From contig JBIIJY010000002.1 in NCBI GenBank assembly GCA_044233485.1, forward strand, positions 8,047-72,046: a stretch of DNA of 64,000 bases, written 5' to 3'. Origin of the DNA: Minisyncoccia bacterium (GTDB lineage Bacteria; Patescibacteriota; Minisyncoccia; Phycocordibacterales; UBA6065). Each line of letters opens with the position of its first letter. The stretch's first letter is position 1. The notes below the pieces were generated by a model. It was not told where the DNA came from, did no database searches, and worked only from the letters and a program-made list of their open reading frames with translations. The position numbers were made by a program, and so were the translations under genes. Positions 36,864 through 47,400 of this stretch are shown piece after piece.

Positions 36864-37775
36864 ATGCTTACTCGCCACCGTTTTGGAGACGTAACCTGGA
36901 TCGACTACACAAGCCCGACAACGGACGAGCTAGCTATCCTCAAAAACGAACTCGGTCTCGACCCACTGGTCGCTGAGCATATCGCTGAACCGAACCTGCG
37001 CCAGAAAGTAATTTCATTCGGTAGTGCCACCTTTCTTACACTGTATATACCGACGAAAGTCTCAGGAAAGCTAACCTCAGAATGTGAGGTAGATTTTGTC
37101 ATCGCTCCGAACCTCCTCATCACTTCACGATTCAATGAAGTAGATTCGATTCTCGAATTCAGTCGAAAAGTGGAGATGCTTGAGACATTACACAAACACT
37201 CGCTTCACAATTCTTCACTACGACTTTTTTTCTACCTTCTTGAGCACATATACACGCGTATTCATGAACAGTTTCGCTCGAACGAACATCAGCTCAAGCG
37301 CATTGAGGATTCGATTTTCGCTGGGCGTGAGAAAGAAGTCGTGACCGAGCTTTCACGTGTCTCTCGAGAGATTCTTGCATACAAAAAATCACTCTCATTC
37401 CACGATGATGTCCTCGAGGCACTGAATGTACCTCTCCAAGCCATTGATGGTGAACATTCAAAAAAGCGAATCGCGAGTGCCATACGAACACACAACAAAC
37501 TTTTCGATGAAGTACTGGCCGGACATGAGTTACTTGTCGAACTACGTGCCACAAACGACTCCCTCCTTGAGCACAAGCAAAACACGGCCGTACAAATACT
37601 CACCTTCGTGACAGTAGTCACCTCACTTGCTTCACTCATTGGTGTTATCTTCACCATGCCATTTGCCCATGTTCCACTCCTTGAACACCCCTATGGCTTT
37701 TGGATCGTATTACTCTGTATGTGCGGTCTCGTACTCGTAGCTCTTGAAATTTTTAAACGAAATCGCTGGCTCTAA
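36864..37775 (+). CDS. CorA-like divalent cation transporter homologue with non-canonical TMP in place of the GMN motif
   Basis: Coiled soluble domain plus two C-terminal TM helices. IFTMPF sits at the position of YGMNF. Confidence 0.5.
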   Translation: MLTRHRFGDVTWIDYTSPTTDELAILKNELGLDPLVAEHIAEPNLRQKVISFGSATFLTLYIPTKVSGKLTSECEVDFVIAPNLLITSRFNEVDSILEFSRKVEMLETLHKHSLHNSSLRLFFYLLEHIYTRIHEQFRSNEHQLKRIEDSIFAGREKEVVTELSRVSREILAYKKSLSFHDDVLEALNVPLQAIDGEHSKKRIASAIRTHNKLFDEVLAGHELLVELRATNDSLLEHKQNTAVQILTFVTVVTSLASLIGVIFTMPFAHVPLLEHPYGFWIVLLCMCGLVLVALEIFKRNRWL

Positions 37776-37788
37776 TCACCCTCCTACC

Positions 37789-39129
37789 ATGCTCAAACTT
37801 ACCAACACACTCACCCGGACTCGAGAAGAGTTTCATCCTCATGACTCGAAACATGTAACCCTCTATCACTGTGGGCCGACTGTCTATGACCGTGTCCATA
37901 TCGGAAATCTCCGCACGTTCATCACCAATGACATTCTTCGTCGTGCTCTCGAAATTCTCGGATACTCAGTGACCCAAGTCATGAATATCACTGACGTCGA
38001 TGACAAAACGATTCGTCGCAGTCAAGAACAAGGAATCACACTCTCAGAACTAACAACTCGATATGAAGATATTTTTCTTGATGATCTGCGAAGTGTGAAT
38101 ATTCTCGCCCCACATCACCTTCCTCGAGCGCGGACTTACATTCCACACATGATCTCCTTCATCGAGGACTTACTCACAAAGGGGTTTGCGTACAAAGCTG
38201 AGGATGGTGTTTATTTTTCTGTGGCAAAATCGGCCGGCTACGGCGCTCTCGCTCATATACATCTTGACCACGCACAGTCTGCGGGTCGATCACGGATTGA
38301 TGAGTATGACAAAGACAGTGTCGGTGATTTTGCGCTCTGGAAATTTGTCACTCCTGAGGATGGTGCAAATTTTTGGCCTTCACCGTTTGGTGATGGTCGC
38401 CCAGGGTGGCATATTGAATGTTCAGCCATGTCACAAGCCCTCCTTGGTGAGACCATCGATATTCACACCGGTGGTACTGACTTATGCTTCCCACATCACG
38501 TGAACGAAATCGCTCAGAGTGAGGCACATACCGGAAAACCATTTGTTCGCTACTGGGTACATGGTGCTTTCTTGAATTTGAAGGACAGTAAAATGTCAAA
38601 ATCAAAAGGTAATATCCTCACTCTCGGCACTCTGGTAGAGGAAGGATACTCTCCTCTAGATTTTCGCTACCTGACCTTGGGCGCTCACTACACCAGTCTG
38701 CTTGACTTTAGTTTCGAATCACTTGCAGCAAGTCGAACCGCTCGACGACGAGTCAAGGACACTATTGTTAAACTTCCGGAAGGTGGCGCGCTCGTATCTG
38801 GATACACCGAGCGGTTTGTCGCCGCCCTTGAGGATGACATCAACGCCCCGAAAGTGCTTGCCCTTCTGCATGAACTACTCGCTGATCCAGACGTGATTGA
38901 TAAAGATAAAAAGACTACAGCACTCTATCTCGATTTCTTCCTCGGACTTGAACTGGGTATACCCGATCAGACAGAGCTTAGTGAAGAAGTACTCAAGCTG
39001 GCACATGAGCGCCACGAAGCTCGCACACGCAAAGACTGGAAAACATCTGACGAGCTCCGTGCTAAAATAGAATCATACGGCTACCATGTTCTCGATACAC
39101 CATCTGGACAACACATCACAGAAGAATAG
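37789..39129 (+). CDS. cysS: cysteinyl-tRNA synthetase
   Basis: MLKLTNTLTRTREEF, HIGNLRTF (HIGH), KMSKSKGN. Confidence 0.9.
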   Translation: MLKLTNTLTRTREEFHPHDSKHVTLYHCGPTVYDRVHIGNLRTFITNDILRRALEILGYSVTQVMNITDVDDKTIRRSQEQGITLSELTTRYEDIFLDDLRSVNILAPHHLPRARTYIPHMISFIEDLLTKGFAYKAEDGVYFSVAKSAGYGALAHIHLDHAQSAGRSRIDEYDKDSVGDFALWKFVTPEDGANFWPSPFGDGRPGWHIECSAMSQALLGETIDIHTGGTDLCFPHHVNEIAQSEAHTGKPFVRYWVHGAFLNLKDSKMSKSKGNILTLGTLVEEGYSPLDFRYLTLGAHYTSLLDFSFESLAASRTARRRVKDTIVKLPEGGALVSGYTERFVAALEDDINAPKVLALLHELLADPDVIDKDKKTTALYLDFFLGLELGIPDQTELSEEVLKLAHERHEARTRKDWKTSDELRAKIESYGYHVLDTPSGQHITEE

Positions 39130-39145
39130 CCTGGCGCGCTTCTTT

Positions 39146-40264
39146 ATGCTCACCAGTGTCGGGCTTTTCGCCTCGCTGTCATTTGTCTCCCTTGAGCTAG
39201 CCGATTCTTCTCTCGAGTCTCAAAAAGCCTCTCTGTTTGAGGCAGCCACGAGCACAGCTACCACGACAGTCAAAACCCTTCCCGCTCGTGCTTCACTGGC
39301 ATTTGTCGGCGATATTATGCTCGACCGTGGGGTACGACTCAAGATCAACACTGCAGGTGAGGCATATGTGCGTGGTGAATCAGCCAAACTCCTTGAACGC
39401 TACGATAGTGTGATTGGTAACCTCGAGGGGCCTATCACAAGCAGCCCTTCAAAAACTCTTTTTGCCGATGGCACGACTGGTAAAGCTCTAACTTTTACCT
39501 TCCCGACTTCATCACCAAAATTTCTCCGTTCTCTAGGAATCGACATAGTATCACTGGCCAACAATCACACACAGAACTTTGGCGAAAAAGGACTTCAGGA
39601 AACAAAGAAACTTCTTCTACAAGGCTCGACAACCATTCCTTATTTTGGTGACCCTGAAAACCTAACCGAAATCTCTACGACGACCTGCATTAATGCATAC
39701 TGCTTCGGACTGATTGGTTTTCATCAGTTTAGCGACTTTAGTGAGGAACGCTTCATTAAAGAAATTCAAACCCTTGGCAAAACTACTGACGCTGTATTTG
39801 TCCTGCCACACTGGGGTGAAGAGTACAAAAAAAATCCGACTGCCGAGCAACGGCGACTCGCACGGAGCTGGATCGATGCGGGAGCTGACGCAATTATCGG
39901 AAGTCATTCACATATCATCGGACAAGTAGAGATCTATAAAGAAAAACCAATTTTCTATTCACTCGGTAATTATCTCTTTGATCAGTATTTTTCATTCGAG
40001 ACACTTCACGGCCTGATTGTTAGTGCTGATTTCACTCCACGAGAGACCCGATGGCGACTGACACCGGTCTCAAGTAAGCAGGTTCGCATCAGTTCGCCAG
40101 GAGTAGCACTCAGTGAAGAAATCCTCGACGATCTCGCGCGCGCTTCTAAAGACACTGTCCCCGCTAAACTCCTGCCAGGACTGGCCGAGGGTGAGCTCAT
40201 ACTTGCTGGCCTTCCTCGTAGTACAACCACACTAAGCCTTGCCACTTCCACACCTCTAAAATAG
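39146..40264 (+). CDS. CapA/PgsA-family metallophosphatase-fold protein (poly-gamma-glutamate capsule synthesis-like), secreted
   Basis: FVGDIMLDRGV, NLEGPIT, ANNHTQNFGEKG, SHSHIIGQVE... YSLGNYLFDQ. Confidence 0.7.
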   Translation: MLTSVGLFASLSFVSLELADSSLESQKASLFEAATSTATTTVKTLPARASLAFVGDIMLDRGVRLKINTAGEAYVRGESAKLLERYDSVIGNLEGPITSSPSKTLFADGTTGKALTFTFPTSSPKFLRSLGIDIVSLANNHTQNFGEKGLQETKKLLLQGSTTIPYFGDPENLTEISTTTCINAYCFGLIGFHQFSDFSEERFIKEIQTLGKTTDAVFVLPHWGEEYKKNPTAEQRRLARSWIDAGADAIIGSHSHIIGQVEIYKEKPIFYSLGNYLFDQYFSFETLHGLIVSADFTPRETRWRLTPVSSKQVRISSPGVALSEEILDDLARASKDTVPAKLLPGLAEGELILAGLPRSTTTLSLATSTPLK

Positions 40265-40624
40265 ATCTTTAAGTTTCTGCCACCACCCTTTCTCGGTTGA
40301 AACATCTAGCACTTGTTTGTTTTGATCCTCAGGAAAGACGATAAGTACTTCGCCTGGTGCGGCAACATTGAAATTGCGACGATACTCTTCCTCGATTCCT
40401 TTTTCTGTCTTGAGGCGATCAACTCGTCGAGTCAATTCTTCTCGACGGGTACGGACAGCCTCGAGCTGGCGCTCCGCACTCTGATATTCTTGCTTTGAGC
40501 GAGTATATTTTTGAAACACCTTGTAGACACCCTGACCGACGAGAATCAGTAGTATTAAAAGAACTATCCCAGTAACTGGTGAATAAAAAAACTTCGCTGC
40601 TGGCCGTCGACGGAGGCTCTTCAT
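40256..40624 (-). CDS. septum formation initiator FtsB/DivIC-like protein
   Basis: From ATG 40624: one TM helix, then a coiled coil and IEEEYRRNFNVAAPGEVLIVF, which matches the FtsB C-terminal motif. Confidence 0.55.
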   Translation of the reverse strand: MKSLRRRPAAKFFYSPVTGIVLLILLILVGQGVYKVFQKYTRSKQEYQSAERQLEAVRTRREELTRRVDRLKTEKGIEEEYRRNFNVAAPGEVLIVFPEDQNKQVLDVSTEKGWWQKLKDLF

Positions 40625-40821
40625 ACCTTCCAAGTATACCTCATATCGATAGCCCGCCTGTGTACAGAATTCACAGAAAGCAGCTTTTTTGCTATAGTAA
40701 TCAACATGATTTTCAATCAAAATAGTCAAAAATTTATTAAATTTGTCTGGATCATTGTTGGCGTGCTCGTCGCAATTGCAATGGTTGTCCTCTACTCTTT
40801 CCCGAGTCTCTTTCAATAAGT

Positions 40822-41667
40822 ATGTATCGAGTGCTTGGTAAGACCATCCTTGCCCTCACTGCCATCATCATTGCTTCGGCTATTTTGTGGCGTACCTCGA
40901 AAACTCCCTCACTTGAGCGTACCTGGAATACTGATCAGGCGATTCTCCCTACAATTTATGAGTATGAACCTGGTGTATTTCAAATCAATTCAATTCGAAA
41001 TTTCAGTTACACCAGCACAACGACATATACTCCCGCATACTACAACAAGACTTTTGTACTTAATGACCTGCACCGCGTGTGGTTTGTTGTCGAGCCATTC
41101 GCTGCAAGTAAAGACGGAGCAGCACACACCCTTCTCTCTTTTGAGTTTGCTTCGGGAACAAGTAGTAGCGAGTTCCTAGCTATTTCGGTAGAGATCCGTA
41201 AAGAAGTCGGCGAAAGCTTTTCAGCACTCAAGGGGTTGTTCAATGAATACGAACTCATGTACGTACTTGCAGACGAACGAGATGTCTTGGGTCTGCGTGC
41301 AAACCATCGCCGTGACGACGTCTATCTCTATCCAATACGCACCACTCCCGAACAAGCCCGAGCACTCTTTACCACCATGCTCGCTCGAACAAATTCTCAA
41401 ACACGGAAACCTGTCTTCTATAATACCTTTACAAAAAATTGCACGACTGAAATCTGGAGTGCAGTAAACTCCATTCGTGATGAGCGGATTCCCTGGACAA
41501 AAGCTCTCATCCTTCCCGCCTACTCTGACAAGGTCGCCTATGATCTCGGACTTATTGACACCTCACTCACCTTTGAGGAAGCAAAGAAAGAATTTCTCAT
41601 CAATGAACGTGCATGGCTGGCTTCAACGAGCCCAGACTTCTCAGCACGTATTCGCTCGAGAGACTAA
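40822..41667 (+). CDS. DUF4105 (Lnb-like) domain protein
   Basis: YNTFTKNCTTE signature, N-terminal TM helix. Confidence 0.6.
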   Translation: MYRVLGKTILALTAIIIASAILWRTSKTPSLERTWNTDQAILPTIYEYEPGVFQINSIRNFSYTSTTTYTPAYYNKTFVLNDLHRVWFVVEPFAASKDGAAHTLLSFEFASGTSSSEFLAISVEIRKEVGESFSALKGLFNEYELMYVLADERDVLGLRANHRRDDVYLYPIRTTPEQARALFTTMLARTNSQTRKPVFYNTFTKNCTTEIWSAVNSIRDERIPWTKALILPAYSDKVAYDLGLIDTSLTFEEAKKEFLINERAWLASTSPDFSARIRSRD

Positions 41668-43502
41668 TTATCGAGTCGCATCATTTTTACAAAGACTTCC
41701 TGTGGAATTGAGACACTACCGTGTTCCTTCATACGCTTTTTACCTTCTTTCTGCTGCTCACGGAGCTTCATCTTTCGAGTAATATCACCACCATAGAGAT
41801 GCGCAGTGACGTTTTTCTTCATTCCAGAGAGTGTCTCTGAGGCGATAATACGTCCTAGGGCTTTTGCTTGAATCTTAAAAGTAAACATTTGCCGTGGGAG
41901 CACCTGGGCAAGCTTTTCTACACTCGCCTTAGCTTCCTCCTCGACTCGTCGGCGAGAGACGACACGTGTAAATGGCAAAACTGGCTCATCAGCGACGAGT
42001 ATGTCCATACGTACCACATCTGCGGGCATCAAGTCGCTCACCGTATATGAAAGTGATGCATATCCCGAAGTAACACTTTTGACCTTATCGAAAAAACCAC
42101 GCATCAGCTCTCGCAGAGGCATCTCTGCTTCTACTGACGTACGAGTCTGACTAAACTGCAATGTCTCACCTTGTAGTGCCTCGTGTTCAAAGAGAAGTGT
42201 TGAGAGCTTGCCCACATACTCATGTGGAGTCATGATCTTGAGCTTAATCCACGGCTCATGCACTTCGGCGACATTACCATCATCAGGAAAAAGTGATGGC
42301 GAATAGACGATTTCGGTTGTACCGTTTTTGAGTTTTACATGGTAGGTAATACTCGGGGTTGTGACGACCAGCTCAAGATTGAACTCACGGCGCAGACGCT
42401 CAGTAATGATCTCGAGGTGAAGCATTCCCAAACAGCCGATACGGTATCCACGACCGAGCGTACCAGAAGATTCCTCTTCGTAGGTAAACGCAGAGTCCGA
42501 GAGTGAGAGTCGTGCCAGTGCTTGGCGGAGCTGGTTGAAGTCGTCTTGATTCTCAGGGTAGATCGAAGCCCACACCATCGGCACTGGCTTCATGTATCCA
42601 GCTAGTTCCGGGCGGCGTGATGAGTCGTGTGCGACCGTATCACCCACTGAAGCAACACCTGGCTCTTTCACGCCAGTCACAATGTAACCGATCTCGCCTG
42701 GGAGCAGTCTGTCCACCTCGACTTCATCAGGAGTAAAGATTCCTGTTTCAAGAGCAATGAATGTCTTGTCGGCAATGGTGAATTTCAATTTCTCTAGACG
42801 AGAGACTTCACCAGAAACTACTCGGACGTAGACGATAACACCTTTGTGATTTGAGTATTGAAAATCAAACACCAGGGAACTCAAAGTCTTTTCTTCTGGG
42901 TACGGATCTTGAGGTGCTGGAACCTTGCGGATCATTTCATCAAGAAGAGCGAGCACTCCCGCTCCAGTCTTACCCGACACTTCAAGGATCGTGTCCGGAG
43001 TCACGCCGAGCACATCACAGATTTCAAGCTTCACTTCATCGACTTTCGCCAACGGTGAATCGATTTTTGACACAACGGGGATGATGGTGAGCCCAGCCTC
43101 TTTCGCCATTCCAAGCACCGTAAGCGTTTGCGCCTGCACACCCTGAGTAGCGTCGACGAGCAGAATACACCCCTCGACAGCTCGCATCGCCCGAGATACT
43201 TCGTATGAAAAGTCGATATGCCCTGGGGTATCGATAAGGTTTAGAAAGTATGGACGAGCTTTTCCAGATTCGTCAGTGAGCCGTAATGATTCGTCTTGTG
43301 GTGTATAGACAATGCGCACTGGTTGCATTTTGATCGTGATTCCACGCTCACGTTCGAGCTCCATCGAATCAAGAACCTGTTCCTGCATTTTACGCTTCTC
43401 GATTGTCCCCGTCAGCTCCAACATACGGTCAGCCAGGGTCGACTTTCCGTGATCGATGTGGGCGATGATGCTGAAATTTCTAATGTGAGGTATCGCTTTC
43501 AT
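41664..43502 (-). CDS. lepA: elongation factor 4 (LepA)
   Basis: IRNFSIIAHIDHGKSTLADR G1 motif, DTPGHIDF, C-terminal LepA domain. Confidence 0.9.
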   Translation of the reverse strand: MKAIPHIRNFSIIAHIDHGKSTLADRMLELTGTIEKRKMQEQVLDSMELERERGITIKMQPVRIVYTPQDESLRLTDESGKARPYFLNLIDTPGHIDFSYEVSRAMRAVEGCILLVDATQGVQAQTLTVLGMAKEAGLTIIPVVSKIDSPLAKVDEVKLEICDVLGVTPDTILEVSGKTGAGVLALLDEMIRKVPAPQDPYPEEKTLSSLVFDFQYSNHKGVIVYVRVVSGEVSRLEKLKFTIADKTFIALETGIFTPDEVEVDRLLPGEIGYIVTGVKEPGVASVGDTVAHDSSRRPELAGYMKPVPMVWASIYPENQDDFNQLRQALARLSLSDSAFTYEEESSGTLGRGYRIGCLGMLHLEIITERLRREFNLELVVTTPSITYHVKLKNGTTEIVYSPSLFPDDGNVAEVHEPWIKLKIMTPHEYVGKLSTLLFEHEALQGETLQFSQTRTSVEAEMPLRELMRGFFDKVKSVTSGYASLSYTVSDLMPADVVRMDILVADEPVLPFTRVVSRRRVEEEAKASVEKLAQVLPRQMFTFKIQAKALGRIIASETLSGMKKNVTAHLYGGDITRKMKLREQQKEGKKRMKEHGSVSIPQEVFVKMMRLDN

Positions 43503-43835
43503 GTATAGGCTCAATCATAGCAAAAAACGGCTTTTTTGCGAGCTTTTAGACGAAATCCACACAGTATGGATGGACTTTTACTTAATTTTGTGCTATTATA
43601 TAAGTATGAATAGATTCCGCCAGACAACACATATGGTTTCAAAGACATGCGGGGTGATCGTTGCATCCCTCGTCTTTTTTGCAACTCTATTTGTTTCTGG
43701 CCGTGATTTTTTGAGAATTTTCCATAAACTCTAAAATCTAACTTTCTTTTTTGAGAAATCCCGGCTGGATGCCGGGATTTTTTCGTTAGAAAAACGGCTC
43801 CAGCAAATAACAAACAACTATTCGTATAACACGTT

Positions 43836-44423
43836 ATGGATACACAAAACACACCTCCCTACTTCATGAAGGGGCCTCGGGTCGGCCTTGCTCCGACGAG
43901 CATGGACAATCTACATCTCTACATGAAGTGGGCAAATGATCCTGAAGTGCGAGAGTTTCTTGCTCATTCAACCCCGTTATCGGAAAAGAAGGAACGGGAA
44001 TGGGTCGAATCCTGCAACTCTAAGGACACTCAGATCTCTCTGACGATCTATGTGCTCGATACGCATACCCCGATCGGTAATATCACACTGGGTTACAACC
44101 CAGTGACTAAAGTGGGTAACACTGGCGCGATGATCGGCGAGAAGGATTATTGGAACAAGGGCTACGGCACGGAGGCGAAAATGCTTCTACTTAAGTATGG
44201 TTTTGATCATCTTGGCTTGCGCAAGGTTAACAGCGCTGTCTGGTCGAGCAACCCGCGTAGCCTCGCCTATCAGAAAAAACATGGAGCACAGGTGATCGGT
44301 GTTCGTAAGAAGCAATCACTTCGTGGCGGTGTATATGTGGATGAGATTCTTCTTGATACCTGGGCGAAGGACTTTAAACGAGTCTGGAAAACCTGGTCTC
44401 GGGGTAAGTCTATTACCATGTAA
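43836..44423 (+). CDS. GNAT-family N-acetyltransferase (RimJ/RimL-like)
   Basis: GNTGAMIGEKDYWNKGYGTEA acetyl-CoA binding motif. Confidence 0.7.
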   Translation: MDTQNTPPYFMKGPRVGLAPTSMDNLHLYMKWANDPEVREFLAHSTPLSEKKEREWVESCNSKDTQISLTIYVLDTHTPIGNITLGYNPVTKVGNTGAMIGEKDYWNKGYGTEAKMLLLKYGFDHLGLRKVNSAVWSSNPRSLAYQKKHGAQVIGVRKKQSLRGGVYVDEILLDTWAKDFKRVWKTWSRGKSITM

Positions 44424-44426
44424 TAC

Positions 44427-44463
44427 GAAAACTCACATCACGAGTCCGTGGTGTGAGTTTTTA
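44427..44463. terminator. bidirectional rho-independent terminator
   Basis: AAAACTCACA-TCACGAGTCCGTGG-TGTGAGTTTTTATT. Confidence 0.7.
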
Positions 44464-47400
44464 TTACTTTTTTATTGTATACCCCCACCCTTGCAATAGC
44501 AGACGGGTCTGGAGCTCGAGAAATTCAAGCAGTGCGCGCTCAGTATTTATTCCAAACGTATTTGTTTCTTTACCTGGGGCACCGACTCCTGAGGGAGCCA
44601 CTCTGAAACCGGTAGAATTTAAGAAAACTTGTAACTCTCTTACACTTGTACTCCTTTGAATAGGTGTCTGAACTGGAGGTAGCGATGTTGTCTGTCTCTG
44701 ATTTGAAGGAGGATTTACCTGAGGGATGGTGTTTACCTGAGGCACGACAGGAGTCACTGCCGTCGGCCGAAACAAGGTACTGATTGTACTGATAAATCTT
44801 CGTGTACGACTTGATCCACCAGAAGCACTCGAGGAAGTTCCAGGCGTAGAAGAGACAGTACTTACCGTACTCACCGTAACCACCGAAGAGAGCGCTGAGT
44901 AGTTCCCCGCACCATCATAGCTTCGAACGGAATAGAGGTATGAAGCTCCACTTGAGAGACCTGTATCTGTGAAAGTAATAGCTGTTGTCGTAGCAATCGG
45001 TGCTCCACCTCGATAGACGACATACCCGACAACACCAGACGCAGTTCCACCGCTAGTACCACTGTCGGTAGAGCTTGCCCACGTAAGTGTAATTTGAGTT
45101 GTAGTAACTTCACTTGAAATGAGGCCAGTAGGGACACTTGGCGCTGTAGTATCAGGAACATCTGCGACTGTATAAATAAATGACTGACTTGTTTGGTTTA
45201 CCCCATCACTCGCGGTCACTCTGATCGATGTTGTACCGACTTGCCCGTTGAGCGGACGAACCACCATCGACCATGTCCCTGTGGCAAAGTTGAAGCTAAC
45301 ATTCTGATTCGGAACTAGTGAAGTATTTGACGAAATGACAGAGAGAGTCAAATCTCCAACAAGCGTCTGGTCATCGGTCACTGAAATAGCTATTGGACTC
45401 GAGCTCGCACTGATAACCCCTTGTGCAGGTGGAAGCGCGTGCAGTACAGGAGCTGCATATACCGTGAGGCTTTGGTGAGCACCCTGACTATTGTTGTAGT
45501 AGCTACCACTAGGTGTAGTCTCAAGCAGCACTGCTCGTACCTGATACTGGGCATTGTAAGCATCAAATGTTGTTGTCGCTGAAGTACCTGTAACGAGTTG
45601 AGTAGAGACTCGCGTGTACGGGCCTGAGGTAGTATGAGCGCGGTAAATATGATACCCGAGAACAGTATCCGCTGATGCTGTCCATGCGAGCGAGACAGTC
45701 GTCGAGGATGTAGTTGCTACCACAAGACTTGTGGCTGGTTTCACCACGTCTGTGCGGAGGGTAGGGTCGCCGAGGAAAGCCATGTATGATGCACCACTTC
45801 CGCGATTACCAGAGTAGAGAATATTGTTCCCTACCTGATTGTTCTGTGACGCTAAAATACTTGCGCTCATCGGTTCTCCGATACCTGCTGGGTGGAAGTA
45901 CCAGTGTGGTCTACCTGACCAAACTGACGTCAGTGCCCCACCAGCACTTGCAAGAGGGGCTCGGAGGAAGTTGTCACTATTGTTCCAATCTCCGAAGTAG
46001 CTACCGAAGAGCATATTGAATACTCCGTATGTCGGAGCTGCCGCATAGTCACTTGAGTTCGCCACGCCACTTGCCCCTGTATATCCTGCCCCTCCAGCTC
46101 CATATACCCACTTGTAGTTAATTGTCCGTATATTGTTTAGAAAATCAGCAGATGATGTTGATACGACAATATTATCACCACCAATGAGTGGTGAAAAACT
46201 TCTCCACCCACTAGCTGCAAATGCCTCACCACCAAAGACTCCAAAGTTATCAGACAGGAATGCTCTGTCGACTGTCGTGTAGTTACCGATACGGTAATTA
46301 TGGTTTCTGTTTAGATATTGTTCATGTAGAGCATTTGCAGTACCGAATGATCCCATACTTCGTAGATCGAGTCTTCCGACTGCAATTTCAATATTGCTAT
46401 TAGCCGTGACTGCGCTAAGGCTCTGGTCAAACTTTCCATCACCTGGTACGTTGTCATTTATCGTACCGGTAGAGGATGTGTTGTTTACGGTTGAGTCAGT
46501 CCATACCGCATTCATCTCTCCATAATATGCATCTGCTGGCCACGCTCCTCTATGATCAGAGTGTCCATCTGGATTAATGTTTCCAGAATATGGCACCGGT
46601 ATTGCACCCACAAGGAACACTGCTTTGACGTTAGTTGGATCTGCATCATAGTGCCCTTCTATCAGTGTCTTTACAGATGATACGGTCGCCGTACTATCGT
46701 CTACTTCCTCATATATCACCGTCCATCCGTCTCCTGAGAGGTCTAGTACCAGCTGATTCACTTCGTCAGTCATGGCCGCTACCGTTGCATCATCTACGAC
46801 GAGTATCACTTTTCCTCTGTCGTCTACGAGGGGTACTTCGATACCAGAATACAGATATCCATATGCGAACGTTCCTCCTGTTATATTCTTTACTACCTTG
46901 TATTCATATTTGGTACCCAGAGATATATTCGTATCAACGAATCTTCTAGATCCATACAATACTGAAGCAATTGAACTTCCCCAGTTGATATCTGTAGTAG
47001 CCTTTCTGTATATTGTGTAGCTTGTAACTCCCGACTCTAGTGGCCATTCAATTGTAATCGATGGGTCACCTGAATTTACAGTTACGTTTAGTTGTAATGT
47101 GTAGTTCTGCATTCCACCACTAGGAAGATCGAAAGATATACTTGCTCCATTGTTATCAACCGTAACAAAAGATTTAATTGCACCATAACTTGTACCGATC
47201 GCATTAGTTACATATGCTCTGTAGTAGTATTTTGTATTTGCTGTAAGACCCGTTAACCCACCACTGAATGATCCAGTACCAGAATATGTTCCGAGTGATG
47301 AAGTAGCAATTACACTTGAGAGCGTCGGTGATGTGCCATATGCAAACCCATGTGTTATCGTATCACTACCTCCGGTCGAGATGATGTCTCCATGTAGGGT

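Noticed and set aside
40625-40816. N-terminal 64-aa extension (MKETRERVEDNHCNCDEHANN...) of the FtsB-like ORF
   Set aside because: FtsB/DivIC proteins start shortly before their single TM helix. The internal ATG at 40624 gives that architecture. The extension overlaps the DUF4105 gene promoter region.
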